The translations under genes were made by a program, and so were the position numbers. From the NCBI GenBank assembly GCA_018817315.1, contig JAHITV010000018.1, positions 12,012 to 76,011 on the forward strand: a DNA stretch of 64,000 nt, in the 5' to 3' direction. The notes under the pieces were generated by a model that searched no databases, was not told where the DNA came from, and saw only the letters and a program-made list of their open reading frames with translations. Of this stretch, positions 38,803 through 49,347 are shown in pieces (the first letter of the stretch is position 1; the number at the start of each line of letters is the position of its first letter). This DNA is from Patescibacteria group bacterium (lineage in GTDB: Bacteria; Patescibacteriota; Patescibacteriia; UBA1558; UBA10009).

Positions 38803-40338
38803 ATGTCAAATATTGAATTATTACATCAAGAAACGTCTGTAAGTCCATTTACTTTAGGGGTTTACTATCGTGGTTTTCATCAAACCAAAAAAAATCATAA
38901 ATATCTTAAACCATTATATTTTAAGAATTCTTTTGTGGTTTTTAAAGGTGACAAAGTTGATTGGTACGGCGATATGGATAATTTTAAAGAGATGGCTGAT
39001 AAGATTATTAATGATGTTAAAAAAGATCCAAAATACAGTCAACGTTTATTAACTGATGTAAATAAACTTACTCAAAAGATTTTCAATGAAGGTAAAATTA
39101 TTCTTAAGTTAAATTTAAGGAAGTTGTCTAGTCAAACAATTGCTAGTCATTTAAATAAAATGTACCAGCTGGGTCAGGATATTAGTGATTTGGGCATGGT
39201 AGCGGTAATTCCAGATTTAAGACATAGTAAATTAACTACTTTATTAAAAGATATTATTAAGCAGAGAATTCAGCGGTTTAAGATAAAAAAACAGATTAAT
39301 TATTATTTTACCCCTTTAATTACTCCCACTGGAAGAGGTTTAGTGCATCAAGAGAAATTAGTAATTTTAAAATTAGTAAAAAAAGTTTCTCAAAATAAAG
39401 AATTAAATCAATTATTCAAAAAATATACACCGGATTATATTAATAATTTTTTGAAAAATAAATTCCCTGTAATTTTTAAGGAGATAGAAAATATTCATCA
39501 TAATTATAAATGGCTTTATTTTGGCCAGTTAGGCCCAGCTAAGTCTTTTACTCAATATCTTGAAGATATTAAGGTATATCTTCAAGATAAAAAGTTTAAG
39601 CAGGAATACAGCTCTTTAATCAAAGAAGGTAAAAATCTAAAAAGGTTACATAATCAGTACACCAAAGAGCTGCATCTTAACAATGTTGAAGAAAAATTAT
39701 TCATGGCTGCCAGAGATTTTAGCTATAATAAAACCTGCCGTTTTGACGCTCTTCTTTTTGACTATTATGTTTTAGATCAGTTATTAAAAGAAATCTCTAA
39801 AAGAAGCGGCTGGATAGTAAAAGATTTACGTTATATGTCAGTTGAGGAGATTATTAAGTTATTACAAAACAAAAAATGTCTCAAAAATAAAGAAATTAAA
39901 ACAAGAGAAAGGTTTTGTATCACTATTATAAGAGGTAAAAGAATACATTTTTTAACTGGCGTAAAAGCCAAAAATTACTTAAAACAAAAAGTAAAGAATT
40001 TAAAAGTAGAAGAGGATAAAACCATAATTCATGGCATGAGCGCTTTTTTGGGAAAAGTCAGCGGTACAGTAAAAATTGTTAATTCGCCCAAAGACATTAT
40101 TAAGATCAAAACAGGTGATGTTTTAGTTTCGGTACAAACCAATCCTGATTTATTGCCAGCCATGAAAAAAGCGGCTGCCTTTGTGACTGATATTGGCGGA
40201 ATTACTTCGCATGCTGCTATTGTCGCCAGAGAAATGAAAAAACCTTGCATTGTAGGTACAAAAGTCGCTACTACGATTTTTAAAGACGGAGATAAAATAG
40301 AAGTTGATGCTGTAAAAGGAGATGTTAAAAAAATTTAA
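38803..40338 (+). CDS. PEP-utilizing swivel-domain protein, array paralog 3
   Basis: 'TDIGGITSHAAIVAREMKKPCIVGT' at the C-terminus. Confidence 0.7.
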   Translation: MSNIELLHQETSVSPFTLGVYYRGFHQTKKNHKYLKPLYFKNSFVVFKGDKVDWYGDMDNFKEMADKIINDVKKDPKYSQRLLTDVNKLTQKIFNEGKIILKLNLRKLSSQTIASHLNKMYQLGQDISDLGMVAVIPDLRHSKLTTLLKDIIKQRIQRFKIKKQINYYFTPLITPTGRGLVHQEKLVILKLVKKVSQNKELNQLFKKYTPDYINNFLKNKFPVIFKEIENIHHNYKWLYFGQLGPAKSFTQYLEDIKVYLQDKKFKQEYSSLIKEGKNLKRLHNQYTKELHLNNVEEKLFMAARDFSYNKTCRFDALLFDYYVLDQLLKEISKRSGWIVKDLRYMSVEEIIKLLQNKKCLKNKEIKTRERFCITIIRGKRIHFLTGVKAKNYLKQKVKNLKVEEDKTIIHGMSAFLGKVSGTVKIVNSPKDIIKIKTGDVLVSVQTNPDLLPAMKKAAAFVTDIGGITSHAAIVAREMKKPCIVGTKVATTIFKDGDKIEVDAVKGDVKKI

Positions 40339-40341
40339 TTT

Positions 40342-41877
40342 ATGAAGGATTATTACACTTTAAAAAATATCAAAAAAGTAAAGTGGGGGGTTTTGGAAGA
40401 AAACCAGCCAATTAGCTTGTATCCTATTATGTATCCTGGTTGGTGCGGGATTATAAAAGGAACAGGCAGGATTTTAGGTAAGATTCAAAGAAGTATAATT
40501 TGCGTACATCAAAAACTCCATGGTTTTATTTTTATAAATCATAAAGAATGGACAGTCCTTGGTCAATATGCTTTAAAAAAAATTTTAAAAAATTCCTCAT
40601 GGGGCTACAATTTAAATAAAAAGATTCTTAAATACGCAGACGAGTTGATTGATTTTACCCATCATCAGATTTTTAAAGTAAATTTAAAAACAAAAACCAA
40701 AAATCAGCTTTATAAATTGTATAAAGAATACGATACTCGCCACAGCAGATTATACAACCAGGCTATTGTGCCGGTGTATCTGGATTTATACAAACCGCAT
40801 TTAACTTTTTATTTAACTGAATATTTACATCAACAGGTTAAAAAAGTTAAATACAGCAAAACTGCCAAAGAGTGTTTTGCTCTTTTAACAGTGCCGGAAA
40901 AGTTATCCAAAGTCCAATTAGCAGAGAAAGACTTATTGAATTTAGCTTTTAAAATAAAAAAAAGTTTAAGAGGCAGATTATTCAGTAAAAAAAGTGTTTC
41001 TAAAGATTCAGGAAAAAAAATTAATCAGCATATAGAAAAATTCAGGTATCAAGGATATAACTTTGAAGGGCCGGCTTTCCATGATAGTTATTTTGAGAAA
41101 AGATTAAAAGAAATGATAGAAGATAAAATTAGTCCAGCCATTAAACTTAAAGAAATTATTAAAGAAAAGAAGCAAGCCCAAAAAATCCATCAACAGTTAA
41201 TAAAAGATTTAAAAATAGATTATCAACATCACAAACTTCTAGAAATCACCCAAGGTTTTATTTATTCCAAAGACTACCGAAAGATGAGTTTAGTACAGTC
41301 ATATTATGAATTAGAGCCATTACTTAAAGAGATTGGAAGGAGATTGAAGTTAAGTTTGCCAGAAATCAGAAATTGTTTGTTAACAGAGATTAAATTAATG
41401 ACCGAAGGCAATCTTGCTAAACCAAAAGATTTAAATAAAAGAATGAAGGGTTGTTTATTTGTGGTCATAGACAGAAAATTACCAGGCAAAGTGTTGGTTG
41501 ATTCAAGGTATGTAGAAATGAGGAAATACCTCCTTAAAAAAGAAGATTTAACTCAAGTTAATTATTTTCATGGTCAAGCCGCTTGTTTAGGCAAGGCAGA
41601 AGGAACAGTTAAAATAATTAATACCATCAAAGATCTGCCTAAAATGAAAAAAGGCAATATCATGATTTCCCAGATGACCAACCCAGATTTAGTACCAGCC
41701 ATGAAAAAAGCTAAAGCCATAGTTACTGATTTAGGCGGTGTCACCTGTCATGCTGCTATAGTCTCCAGAGAATTAAGAATACCTTGTGTTATTGGAACTA
41801 AAATTGCGACTAAGGTGTTAAGAGATGGTGATAGGGTAGTGGTGGATGCTAATCAAGGTGATGTTAAGAAAACATAG
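40342..41877 (+). CDS. PEP-utilizing swivel-domain protein, array paralog 4
   Basis: 'TDLGGVTCHAAIVSRELRIPCVIGT' at the C-terminus. Confidence 0.7.
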   Translation: MKDYYTLKNIKKVKWGVLEENQPISLYPIMYPGWCGIIKGTGRILGKIQRSIICVHQKLHGFIFINHKEWTVLGQYALKKILKNSSWGYNLNKKILKYADELIDFTHHQIFKVNLKTKTKNQLYKLYKEYDTRHSRLYNQAIVPVYLDLYKPHLTFYLTEYLHQQVKKVKYSKTAKECFALLTVPEKLSKVQLAEKDLLNLAFKIKKSLRGRLFSKKSVSKDSGKKINQHIEKFRYQGYNFEGPAFHDSYFEKRLKEMIEDKISPAIKLKEIIKEKKQAQKIHQQLIKDLKIDYQHHKLLEITQGFIYSKDYRKMSLVQSYYELEPLLKEIGRRLKLSLPEIRNCLLTEIKLMTEGNLAKPKDLNKRMKGCLFVVIDRKLPGKVLVDSRYVEMRKYLLKKEDLTQVNYFHGQAACLGKAEGTVKIINTIKDLPKMKKGNIMISQMTNPDLVPAMKKAKAIVTDLGGVTCHAAIVSRELRIPCVIGTKIATKVLRDGDRVVVDANQGDVKKT

Positions 41878-41895
41878 TAAATTATTTATAATCTT

Positions 41896-43503
41896 ATGAA
41901 GTATTTAAAAGATGGTGATCCTTGGTATTTAGCTGAAGATATTCCGGACATGGATTTATTTTTTTCAGAAATTTGGCTTTCCTGTTTTGTTAATGAATTT
42001 AAAAATCCTACTGGCCGGGCGTATAAAAAAATTCTGACGCTTTTTAAGGGTTATCATTTATGGTTTTATTTTGGTGAAAATGATTCCAATTTAGAGGGCG
42101 AACATATCGTTAATAAGTTTATTAAGAACCCAAACTTTGCCAAAAAAGTAAATAAACAAACTATCATTGAAGCGGATAAATTAAGAAAGTTCGCCGAAAA
42201 ATTGCCAGAGGAAAACTTGCAAAAGTTATCCCAAAAACAACTTTGGGAATATTACGCCAATCATGACAAGATCCATACTCATTATTACCAATGGGTTTGG
42301 ATTCCGGTTGGCGCTGATATGTTCCATAATAATTTAACAGAAAGATTAAAACAATATTTAAGAAGTCTTAAGGTAACAGAAGATAAGATTAATGAGTATC
42401 TAGTCGTTTTAACCCAGCCAATGAAAAAATCTTTGATCCAGATTGAAACAGAGGAGTTTTTAAAGATAGCAGATTCAATCCAAAAAGATAAATATTATCA
42501 TAAATTATTTAAGGATTTATACAGAATTTTTGAAGAGCAGGAAGTGACTCCTTATGGCTTGGCTACCCATACACCAGAGTACGAACGATTATTGGAAAAG
42601 AAAATGGATGATCTCAAGGATAAAATCAAAAAGCCGTTGTTGCAAAAAATTTACAATCATTACCAAAAGTATTATTACGTCAAATTCATGTGGATTGGCA
42701 AAGAAGGCGTTAACAGTTTTGATTATTATCTTAAAGAGTTGGTTAAGATTGTTGGCCGGGAACAGAACGCCAAGAAGTTATTGACCGAAAAACAGAAAGA
42801 GCTGCAGCAGATTCTAAAGCAAAGAAAGAAACTGATAAAAAGATTACCAATCACCGGCAAATGGAAAGTATTGTTTGATAATTTTGGTGATTTTATGGTA
42901 ACTAAAATTTATCGGCGCTACGCCCAGATTTATGCTGTTTATCGGATGCAGCCAATTCTCAAGGAAATTGCTAAACGTCTTAAAATCAGCCTTTTTCAAG
43001 TAAGGTTTATGTTGCCTTCAGAGATTGCTAAAGCTTTATTAAAAGGAAAAATCAACCGTCAGGAATTAAAACAGCGCACCCATTTTTGCGTTCATTATAC
43101 AGAAAAAAATTATGAAAAAGTTTTTGTGGGTCAAGAGGCAAAAAAGATGGCTACCTTGATAAAAGCAAAATCTTTGGCTAAGGTAGAAGAGATTAAAGGT
43201 CAAACCGGTTGTATAGGAAAAGCTACGGGCGTTGTTAAAATTATTTTTCGGCCTAAAGATATGGTTAAAATGAATAAAGGCGATGTTTTAGTTTCTATTG
43301 CCACTGATCCTGATATTGTGCCAGCCATGAAAAAAGCAGCAGCCATTGTCACTGAACAGGGCGGTGTTACTTCCCATGCGGCGATTGTCAGCCGAGAACT
43401 AAAAATTCCTTGTGTGATCGGGACTAGAGTTGCAACCAGATTATTAAAGGACGGTGATAAGGTTGAGGTTGATGCTACCAAAGGAATTGTTAAGAGAATA
43501 TAA
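41896..43503 (+). CDS. PEP-utilizing swivel-domain protein, array paralog 5
   Basis: 'TEQGGVTSHAAIVSRELKIPCVIGT' at the C-terminus. Confidence 0.7.
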   Translation: MKYLKDGDPWYLAEDIPDMDLFFSEIWLSCFVNEFKNPTGRAYKKILTLFKGYHLWFYFGENDSNLEGEHIVNKFIKNPNFAKKVNKQTIIEADKLRKFAEKLPEENLQKLSQKQLWEYYANHDKIHTHYYQWVWIPVGADMFHNNLTERLKQYLRSLKVTEDKINEYLVVLTQPMKKSLIQIETEEFLKIADSIQKDKYYHKLFKDLYRIFEEQEVTPYGLATHTPEYERLLEKKMDDLKDKIKKPLLQKIYNHYQKYYYVKFMWIGKEGVNSFDYYLKELVKIVGREQNAKKLLTEKQKELQQILKQRKKLIKRLPITGKWKVLFDNFGDFMVTKIYRRYAQIYAVYRMQPILKEIAKRLKISLFQVRFMLPSEIAKALLKGKINRQELKQRTHFCVHYTEKNYEKVFVGQEAKKMATLIKAKSLAKVEEIKGQTGCIGKATGVVKIIFRPKDMVKMNKGDVLVSIATDPDIVPAMKKAAAIVTEQGGVTSHAAIVSRELKIPCVIGTRVATRLLKDGDKVEVDATKGIVKRI

Positions 43504-43611
43504 TATGATTTTATCCCGCTATTGCTTCGCTCATCAGGATGCTCGATTTTGTTGCGAAATCAAAGATTTCGACAAAATCGGCAAAATAATTAAATAATTA
43601 ACCAAAATATT

Positions 43612-44556
43612 ATGATTAAATTTAGAGAGGTGCCAGAAGCACCAAAAGAGTCAAAGGAGGCAAAAGAAAGACTAGAAACAAAAGTAGTTTTAAATTTTTT
43701 ACGTCATGAAGATAAAGAAAAACCTATAGAAGGGCAGTCAAGTGATGAAGTTGAATTGACTGAAGCAGGCAGGCAAGCTGCCATTGACAAAGGAAGGGAG
43801 GAGGGGAAAGAAGGTCATCCAGAAGTGGGTTTTGCTGTAGCCAGTCCTAAACCCAGAGCACAACACACTGCTCTTCTTAGATTGATGTCCGCCAGTAAAG
43901 AAGAATTAACTGATGAAATGGATTTTGAAGAAGCAAAAGCTTTAGTTAATAAGGAATTAGGATTTGGCACAAAAGTAACTCATTTACCAGAATTAGATTT
44001 TCATTTTGTGAATGAATTTAAAAAAAGATTTTTAAAAGCTTATGCCGAAGAAGGCCGGGGTTTAGAGTTTCTTTTACATGAGAGTGATGAGCTAGGTATT
44101 GAGTTAGGTGATAAAGAAAGCTGGTCTTATTCTAAAATGGCAGCTAACATTGCTTCTTTAATTGCCAGAGAAATGATGGTCGGTAATAGTTTTAATCGTA
44201 TTGCCTCAAAAGAGCCGAATAAATATAAAAAATATGATAATCATATAGAAAGATATCTGGGTACCCATCAAACTGTTACTGAATGTTTTTATATGAAAGT
44301 TTTGGAAAAATTACATGGTCGTGAAAAAGCTGAAGAATTTATAGAAATCTTTAGAGATAAGGAGGGTAAAGCTAACGGTTTTGATTTTCAGGGCGGCTTT
44401 AAAGTGGAAATTGTTAATGGTCCTCAAGGTCAAGAAGTTATTTTAGAAGGTGTTCAAGGTTTTGATGATATAGAATTAACTCCCGAGTTACTTAGCGGGA
44501 TAATTAGCGATGCCGAGGAATTAGACAAAAAAATTCCAGAAACACTCCAAACTTAA
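43612..44556 (+). CDS. Histidine-phosphatase-superfamily-like protein (PGM branch), paralog A
   Basis: 'FLRHEDKE' (RHG-like), 'LTEAGRQAAIDKG' (LTxxGxxQA) and 'VASPKPRAQHTA' (SPLxRAxxTA) occur in order. A later 'THQT' is a possible second His. Confidence 0.45.
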   Translation: MIKFREVPEAPKESKEAKERLETKVVLNFLRHEDKEKPIEGQSSDEVELTEAGRQAAIDKGREEGKEGHPEVGFAVASPKPRAQHTALLRLMSASKEELTDEMDFEEAKALVNKELGFGTKVTHLPELDFHFVNEFKKRFLKAYAEEGRGLEFLLHESDELGIELGDKESWSYSKMAANIASLIAREMMVGNSFNRIASKEPNKYKKYDNHIERYLGTHQTVTECFYMKVLEKLHGREKAEEFIEIFRDKEGKANGFDFQGGFKVEIVNGPQGQEVILEGVQGFDDIELTPELLSGIISDAEELDKKIPETLQT

Positions 44557-44562
44557 AATAAT

Positions 44563-46023
44563 ATGTCTAAAGAAAATCCTAACAGAAAAAAATGGCTATG
44601 GGAATGGGAAAGGCAAATTAGTTGTTTGATTGCTTATCAATTGGCTAAAACATACACCAAGGACAAAGCCTGGCCTTGGTTAAGAATGCCGGTTTTGTTT
44701 GCTGCCAGAGGCAAAGAAGTTAATTTATATTTTTCTGTTAAAGTAATTAATAAAAGTAGATTATTGGCTAAAAAAATTCAACAAAGCCGTAAATTTATCA
44801 TTGATTATAAAAAAGAAATACAACAGGAGGAAAAATTATTAGCTAAATACTGCCAGGAATTAAAACAAAAGTCTATCAGAGATTTAACCACTAGAAAAAT
44901 AATTAATCTTTTGCAAAAGTTTGGCGAACTATATCGTCAGCACGGCGTTACTCCCATAAGAACGCTTAATCGAATAGGACCAGGAATTGTCAGGAAGTTT
45001 TTTCTGCAAAAATACCAGGAAAAAGAGACTGATAAATGGTTGCCTATTTTATTTGCAGCTACCAGGCAAAGCGTTGATCGTCGGCAAGAAAAGGATATAT
45101 TGATGTTGGCAGGCAAAATCAGCACCCTTAAGAAATTGGCTGATAAAAAAACAGCCATTTTAATTTTTAGTTATTTAGACAAATATCAGTGGTTACCCTG
45201 CGGTTATGCTGAAGAATTGCCATTGCAAAAAAAGGATATAATTAAAAAGTTACAGCAAATTTTAAAAGAAAAGCAGTCACCTGTAATAAAACTCCGTCAA
45301 TTAATTAAAGAAGAAAAAGCTCTTTATCAAAAAAGAAAAAAATTATTAGCAAAACTTAACCTGCCAAGCTATATTGCCAATTTAGTAGAAGCACTTAGTG
45401 AATTTATTTTTTATAAGGATTTTATCAGGATGAATTATAATAAATTACATTTTTATAGTCGTCCGCTTTTTAAAGAAGCAGCTAAGAGATTGCAAGTTTC
45501 TTTAAAGGAATTGACTTATTTCACAGTTTCAGAGATCATTCAATTTTTACAAAGAGGCAAAATAGATAAAAGACTGCTTTTAGCCCGCCTTAGGAATTAT
45601 CTTTGCTATACTAAAGGAAAAGAAATTGAAATTTTAGTAGGTCAAAAAGCCAAAATAAAGGAACAGCAGGAAATTGAAGAGAGAGATAAACAAATAGCTC
45701 AACATTTAATTAAGGGCATTGGTGCTTCAGCAGGATATGCCAAAGGTTCCGTTAAAGTTATCAAACATTTTGTTACAACAGAAAAGATTCCCGCAAATTT
45801 TATTTTAGTTACTCCCATGACAACACCTGAACTAGTTCCTATTGCTAAAAAAGCTTTAGCTATTATTACTGACGAAGGCGGCATTACTTGTCATGCGGCT
45901 ATTGTCAGCCGTGAACTAAAAATACCTTGCGTGATTGGTACAAAAATCGCCACTAAAATTTTTAAAGACGGTGATAAAGTGGAGATTGATGCTAATAAAG
46001 GGATTGTTAAGAAAATCGGTTAG
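44563..46023 (+). CDS. PEP-utilizing swivel-domain protein, array paralog 6
   Basis: 'TDEGGITCHAAIVSRELKIPCVIGT' at the C-terminus. Confidence 0.7.
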   Translation: MSKENPNRKKWLWEWERQISCLIAYQLAKTYTKDKAWPWLRMPVLFAARGKEVNLYFSVKVINKSRLLAKKIQQSRKFIIDYKKEIQQEEKLLAKYCQELKQKSIRDLTTRKIINLLQKFGELYRQHGVTPIRTLNRIGPGIVRKFFLQKYQEKETDKWLPILFAATRQSVDRRQEKDILMLAGKISTLKKLADKKTAILIFSYLDKYQWLPCGYAEELPLQKKDIIKKLQQILKEKQSPVIKLRQLIKEEKALYQKRKKLLAKLNLPSYIANLVEALSEFIFYKDFIRMNYNKLHFYSRPLFKEAAKRLQVSLKELTYFTVSEIIQFLQRGKIDKRLLLARLRNYLCYTKGKEIEILVGQKAKIKEQQEIEERDKQIAQHLIKGIGASAGYAKGSVKVIKHFVTTEKIPANFILVTPMTTPELVPIAKKALAIITDEGGITCHAAIVSRELKIPCVIGTKIATKIFKDGDKVEIDANKGIVKKIG

Positions 46024-46027
46024 AAAT

Positions 46028-47005
46028 ATGAGAAATTTTAAGGAAAAAATCAAAACCTATTTTTTAAATCTTCCAAAAGGAATTTTACCGGTAAGTGTTG
46101 ATCCAGATCTTAAAGTTGAAAAGATTAGTGGCGGTGATTATAATTTGAATTTTAAAATTAATGTCAATGGAGAAAAATTTTTACTGCGACTTAACGTTGA
46201 AGCACAAAGTGGTTTAAAGAATCAAATTATGTATGAGTACAAAACCTTAAAGTTCCTGGAACCGTATAAAATAGCGCCAAAAGCGTATTATTTGGATGAT
46301 TCTAAGAAACATTTCCCCTTTGGTTTGATAATTGAAGAGTTTATAGCGGGAAAACGACTGGAAATTTCTTTGGCTTCGTTAAAAAAGTTAGCAAAAACTT
46401 TGGCTCGTTTGCATACCATTCCTTTAGGGAATAGAAATTTTTTGATAAGGTGGCAAAGCCCTTTAAAGGAACAATTGAAATTTGTAACTAATGAGTTTAA
46501 TCGATACAGGCAGAGAAAAATTATTAACAAAGAGTTTATTAATATTGGTAGTAAAATTATTAACAAAGTAAAAAGCCGGTTTAGAGTGATTGAGAAAAAA
46601 TTAAAACCTACTAGTATTATTCATACTGACTTGGTTGCAAGTAATATTATTGATACCGGCTATCAGGCATATTTAGTTGATTGGGAAAAAGGTCGGATTG
46701 AAGATCCTAGTTATGATATAGCGTTTTTCCTTTGCCCATTGATGAATTTATGGGATTGGCCTAGGATACTTACAGAGAAAGAAAAGGAATATTTTCTAAA
46801 AGTTTATGAAGAGGAAAGCGGAGACAAAGCTATCAGGACAAGAATAAATTACCGAATCCATCTGATTATTTTACATTTAGTATTATGGGCGGGAAACCGC
46901 ATTGCCGATGTTAAAGAGGGTTTAATAAGTAAAGAGTTGGGTAGGCAAAATTATGTCAGGTATAGAAAATTATTTGATCTTAATCAACTAAGAAAATATT
47001 TATAA
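46028..47005 (+). CDS. Protein-kinase-like phosphotransferase (APH/choline-kinase family)
   Basis: The Brenner-type motif 'IIHTDLVASNII' and 'YLVDWEKGRIEDPSYDIAFF' (DxE...D) are present. The start was moved to the internal Met so that it follows the paralog-6 stop. Confidence 0.55.
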   Translation: MRNFKEKIKTYFLNLPKGILPVSVDPDLKVEKISGGDYNLNFKINVNGEKFLLRLNVEAQSGLKNQIMYEYKTLKFLEPYKIAPKAYYLDDSKKHFPFGLIIEEFIAGKRLEISLASLKKLAKTLARLHTIPLGNRNFLIRWQSPLKEQLKFVTNEFNRYRQRKIINKEFINIGSKIINKVKSRFRVIEKKLKPTSIIHTDLVASNIIDTGYQAYLVDWEKGRIEDPSYDIAFFLCPLMNLWDWPRILTEKEKEYFLKVYEEESGDKAIRTRINYRIHLIILHLVLWAGNRIADVKEGLISKELGRQNYVRYRKLFDLNQLRKYL

Positions 47006-47009
47006 AAGT

Positions 47010-47975
47010 ATGGAAAAAATATCGGAATCTCCTTTTGAAAAAAAAGAAAAAGAGCCAAACAAAGTTGCTGCCAGATATTATTTTTTTCGGCATGATGAGC
47101 CAGTTTATTCCGATGAGGTGGCAAAGTTAATGAATAGTCATGGATATGAAGTTGAACATTATTCAGGCGCAGAATTTATAGCGGATCAGGAAGTTCCCGA
47201 AGAACAAGAAGGATTTCATCCGTCGGAGAAACAATTAAAGAAGTTCAAGGGTCGGAGAAGATCAGAAACTTTTGAACCGCGTTATGAAATAGAAGATCGT
47301 GCAAAATTTGAGGCAGTTATAAAAGAACCGTCTAGTAGAGAAAATTTGCAACCATTGGTTGGTATTTTAGAAGATAAAAATGTAGTGCCGTTTATTATTA
47401 CTGGTCCTAGAACTAGGCACGGTTTTTCTGCCCAAAGCATAAATAAGAGTTTAAAGGATCAAGGTATAGAAATTGATCAAAAGAGCGTTATAGTGACTGA
47501 TATGTTAACAGATATGAATAAACATTGGATTTATTTAACAGAAATTGCTGAAGAGAAAGGTTTGAAAAATCCCTGGGATGCCATCAGAAACCCAGCTTAT
47601 AAACAAGCATTAGAAGAGAAAAATATTGAAACAATGGTGGATATTGAAGAAAGAATAAAACATTTTTTACAGGTTTTGGATAGATTGTTCAAAAAGCACA
47701 AAACCAATGATCCTTTGCTTTCTGAAAAATTTCCGGCGGTGATTAGTGTTACTTCCGATTATTCTCAACTTACTCTACTCAAAGCTTTAGGAATTAAGGA
47801 GATAAATGGTGAGCCGATTTTGAAATTTAAACCGGACGTTGGTAGTTATGTTGAAGTGGAGTTAATGGAAAATGGTACTGCCAAAATTTATTATCAAGCT
47901 AGAGATCAGCAAAACCCTCAGTTAGTTGGTGAGGTTGATGATTTTTATGGGAAAATCAAGACCAACAAAGTTTAA
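47010..47975 (+). CDS. Histidine-phosphatase-like protein, paralog B (divergent)
   Basis: It has the same N-terminal layout as 43612 (K/E-rich leader then 'YYFFRHDE'). Other motifs are weaker. Confidence 0.3.
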   Translation: MEKISESPFEKKEKEPNKVAARYYFFRHDEPVYSDEVAKLMNSHGYEVEHYSGAEFIADQEVPEEQEGFHPSEKQLKKFKGRRRSETFEPRYEIEDRAKFEAVIKEPSSRENLQPLVGILEDKNVVPFIITGPRTRHGFSAQSINKSLKDQGIEIDQKSVIVTDMLTDMNKHWIYLTEIAEEKGLKNPWDAIRNPAYKQALEEKNIETMVDIEERIKHFLQVLDRLFKKHKTNDPLLSEKFPAVISVTSDYSQLTLLKALGIKEINGEPILKFKPDVGSYVEVELMENGTAKIYYQARDQQNPQLVGEVDDFYGKIKTNKV

Positions 47976-48129
47976 TAATTTTGGAGAATAAAATAAATAG
48001 TTTATTATGCCTCAAAAAATAAAATGGATAAAATTTTTTAGTCGCGGTAATCATCCTTTATTATTTATAGATTCGGTAACTATTGCTTATCGTGATAAAT
48101 ACGCTAAGTATTTTAATTTACCTTTTTAG

Positions 48130-49329
48130 ATGAAATATTTTCTTCGCCACAGTGGAAGCACCTACTTTGAAGAAAAGGAATTTAACGCTATTTACAAAAT
48201 ACTGCAAAAGCGAATAAATACTTTATGGCCTAAAAAGGTTATTTTAAAAATGAGAAAAGATTTAAAACAGCTGATTAAATATGTAAAAAGTTTAGATGCT
48301 AAAAAGATAAACCGTCAACAGTTGGAAAAATTTTTTGAATTGCTTCATTATGCCTGTCAAAGTATTTATTTTACTGTTTTTATGGCTTGGATAATAGAGG
48401 AAGAGGTTGGTAAGCTTACTTTGAATTTTAGCGCTAAAAAAAGAGATTTAATCCTAAGGCTTTGCCGTTCATTCTATTCGCCGGTTCAGGCACAATATAT
48501 CCAAGCTTTAAAACAATTTAAAAAAAGCGATTCTGAATTAGAAATTAAAAAAATTATCAAAAGATTTGGCTGGATTAAAAATTATTTAATGAATGTAAAA
48601 GAACTAACTGTTGAAGATATTAAAGAGGATTTAAAATCATTAGATAAAAAGCTTAAAGAGAAAGCAAAATTTCCCCGAATTCAACTTAATAGTAAATTAA
48701 AAAGATTGGTGAGTTTAGGTCAGCTTTATTCCCAATTTCGTGATTGGCGGTTGTTTGAGTTGAATAAAGTGTTTTATTACACCAAACCCTTTTTTGAAAG
48801 TTATTTTAAAAATACAGGTCTTAACTATGAACAGTTAATACAATTACGGGTAGCTGAATTTTTAAATAAAAAGTTTGATAAAAAAGCAATAATCAAAAGA
48901 CAAAAAGATCATGGAGTGATAATGCAGAATGGTAAAATTACTGTTATTACCGGCAAAGAACTTGCCAAAATTAAAAAAGAAACTGACAGTCAAATTAGTC
49001 AGCAAAAAGAAATTGTAGGAAAAGTAGCAATGACCGGCAAGGTTAGAGGCAGGGTCAGAATAGTTTTACCTTATAATTTTCATCAATTAAAAAAGGGTGA
49101 GATTGTAGTAACTTCAGAAACAACGCCAGAAGCAGTTTCTTATATACGTAATGTTAAAGCCATTATTACTGATGAGGGTGGTATTACTTCCCATGCTGCT
49201 ATTATTTTCAGAGAGTTAGGAATTCCTTGCGTGATTGGTACTAAAATTGTGACTAAAGTGTTGAAAGATGGTGATAAAGTAGAGGTGGATGCAAATAAAG
49301 GAATGGTTAAAGTTATTAAAAACAATTAA
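48130..49329 (+). CDS. PEP-utilizing swivel-domain protein, array paralog 7 (shortest N-terminal domain)
   Basis: 'TDEGGITSHAAIIFRELGIPCVIGT' at the C-terminus. Confidence 0.7.
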   Translation: MKYFLRHSGSTYFEEKEFNAIYKILQKRINTLWPKKVILKMRKDLKQLIKYVKSLDAKKINRQQLEKFFELLHYACQSIYFTVFMAWIIEEEVGKLTLNFSAKKRDLILRLCRSFYSPVQAQYIQALKQFKKSDSELEIKKIIKRFGWIKNYLMNVKELTVEDIKEDLKSLDKKLKEKAKFPRIQLNSKLKRLVSLGQLYSQFRDWRLFELNKVFYYTKPFFESYFKNTGLNYEQLIQLRVAEFLNKKFDKKAIIKRQKDHGVIMQNGKITVITGKELAKIKKETDSQISQQKEIVGKVAMTGKVRGRVRIVLPYNFHQLKKGEIVVTSETTPEAVSYIRNVKAIITDEGGITSHAAIIFRELGIPCVIGTKIVTKVLKDGDKVEVDANKGMVKVIKNN

Positions 49330-49347
49330 AGTCTTAATTTAATATTT

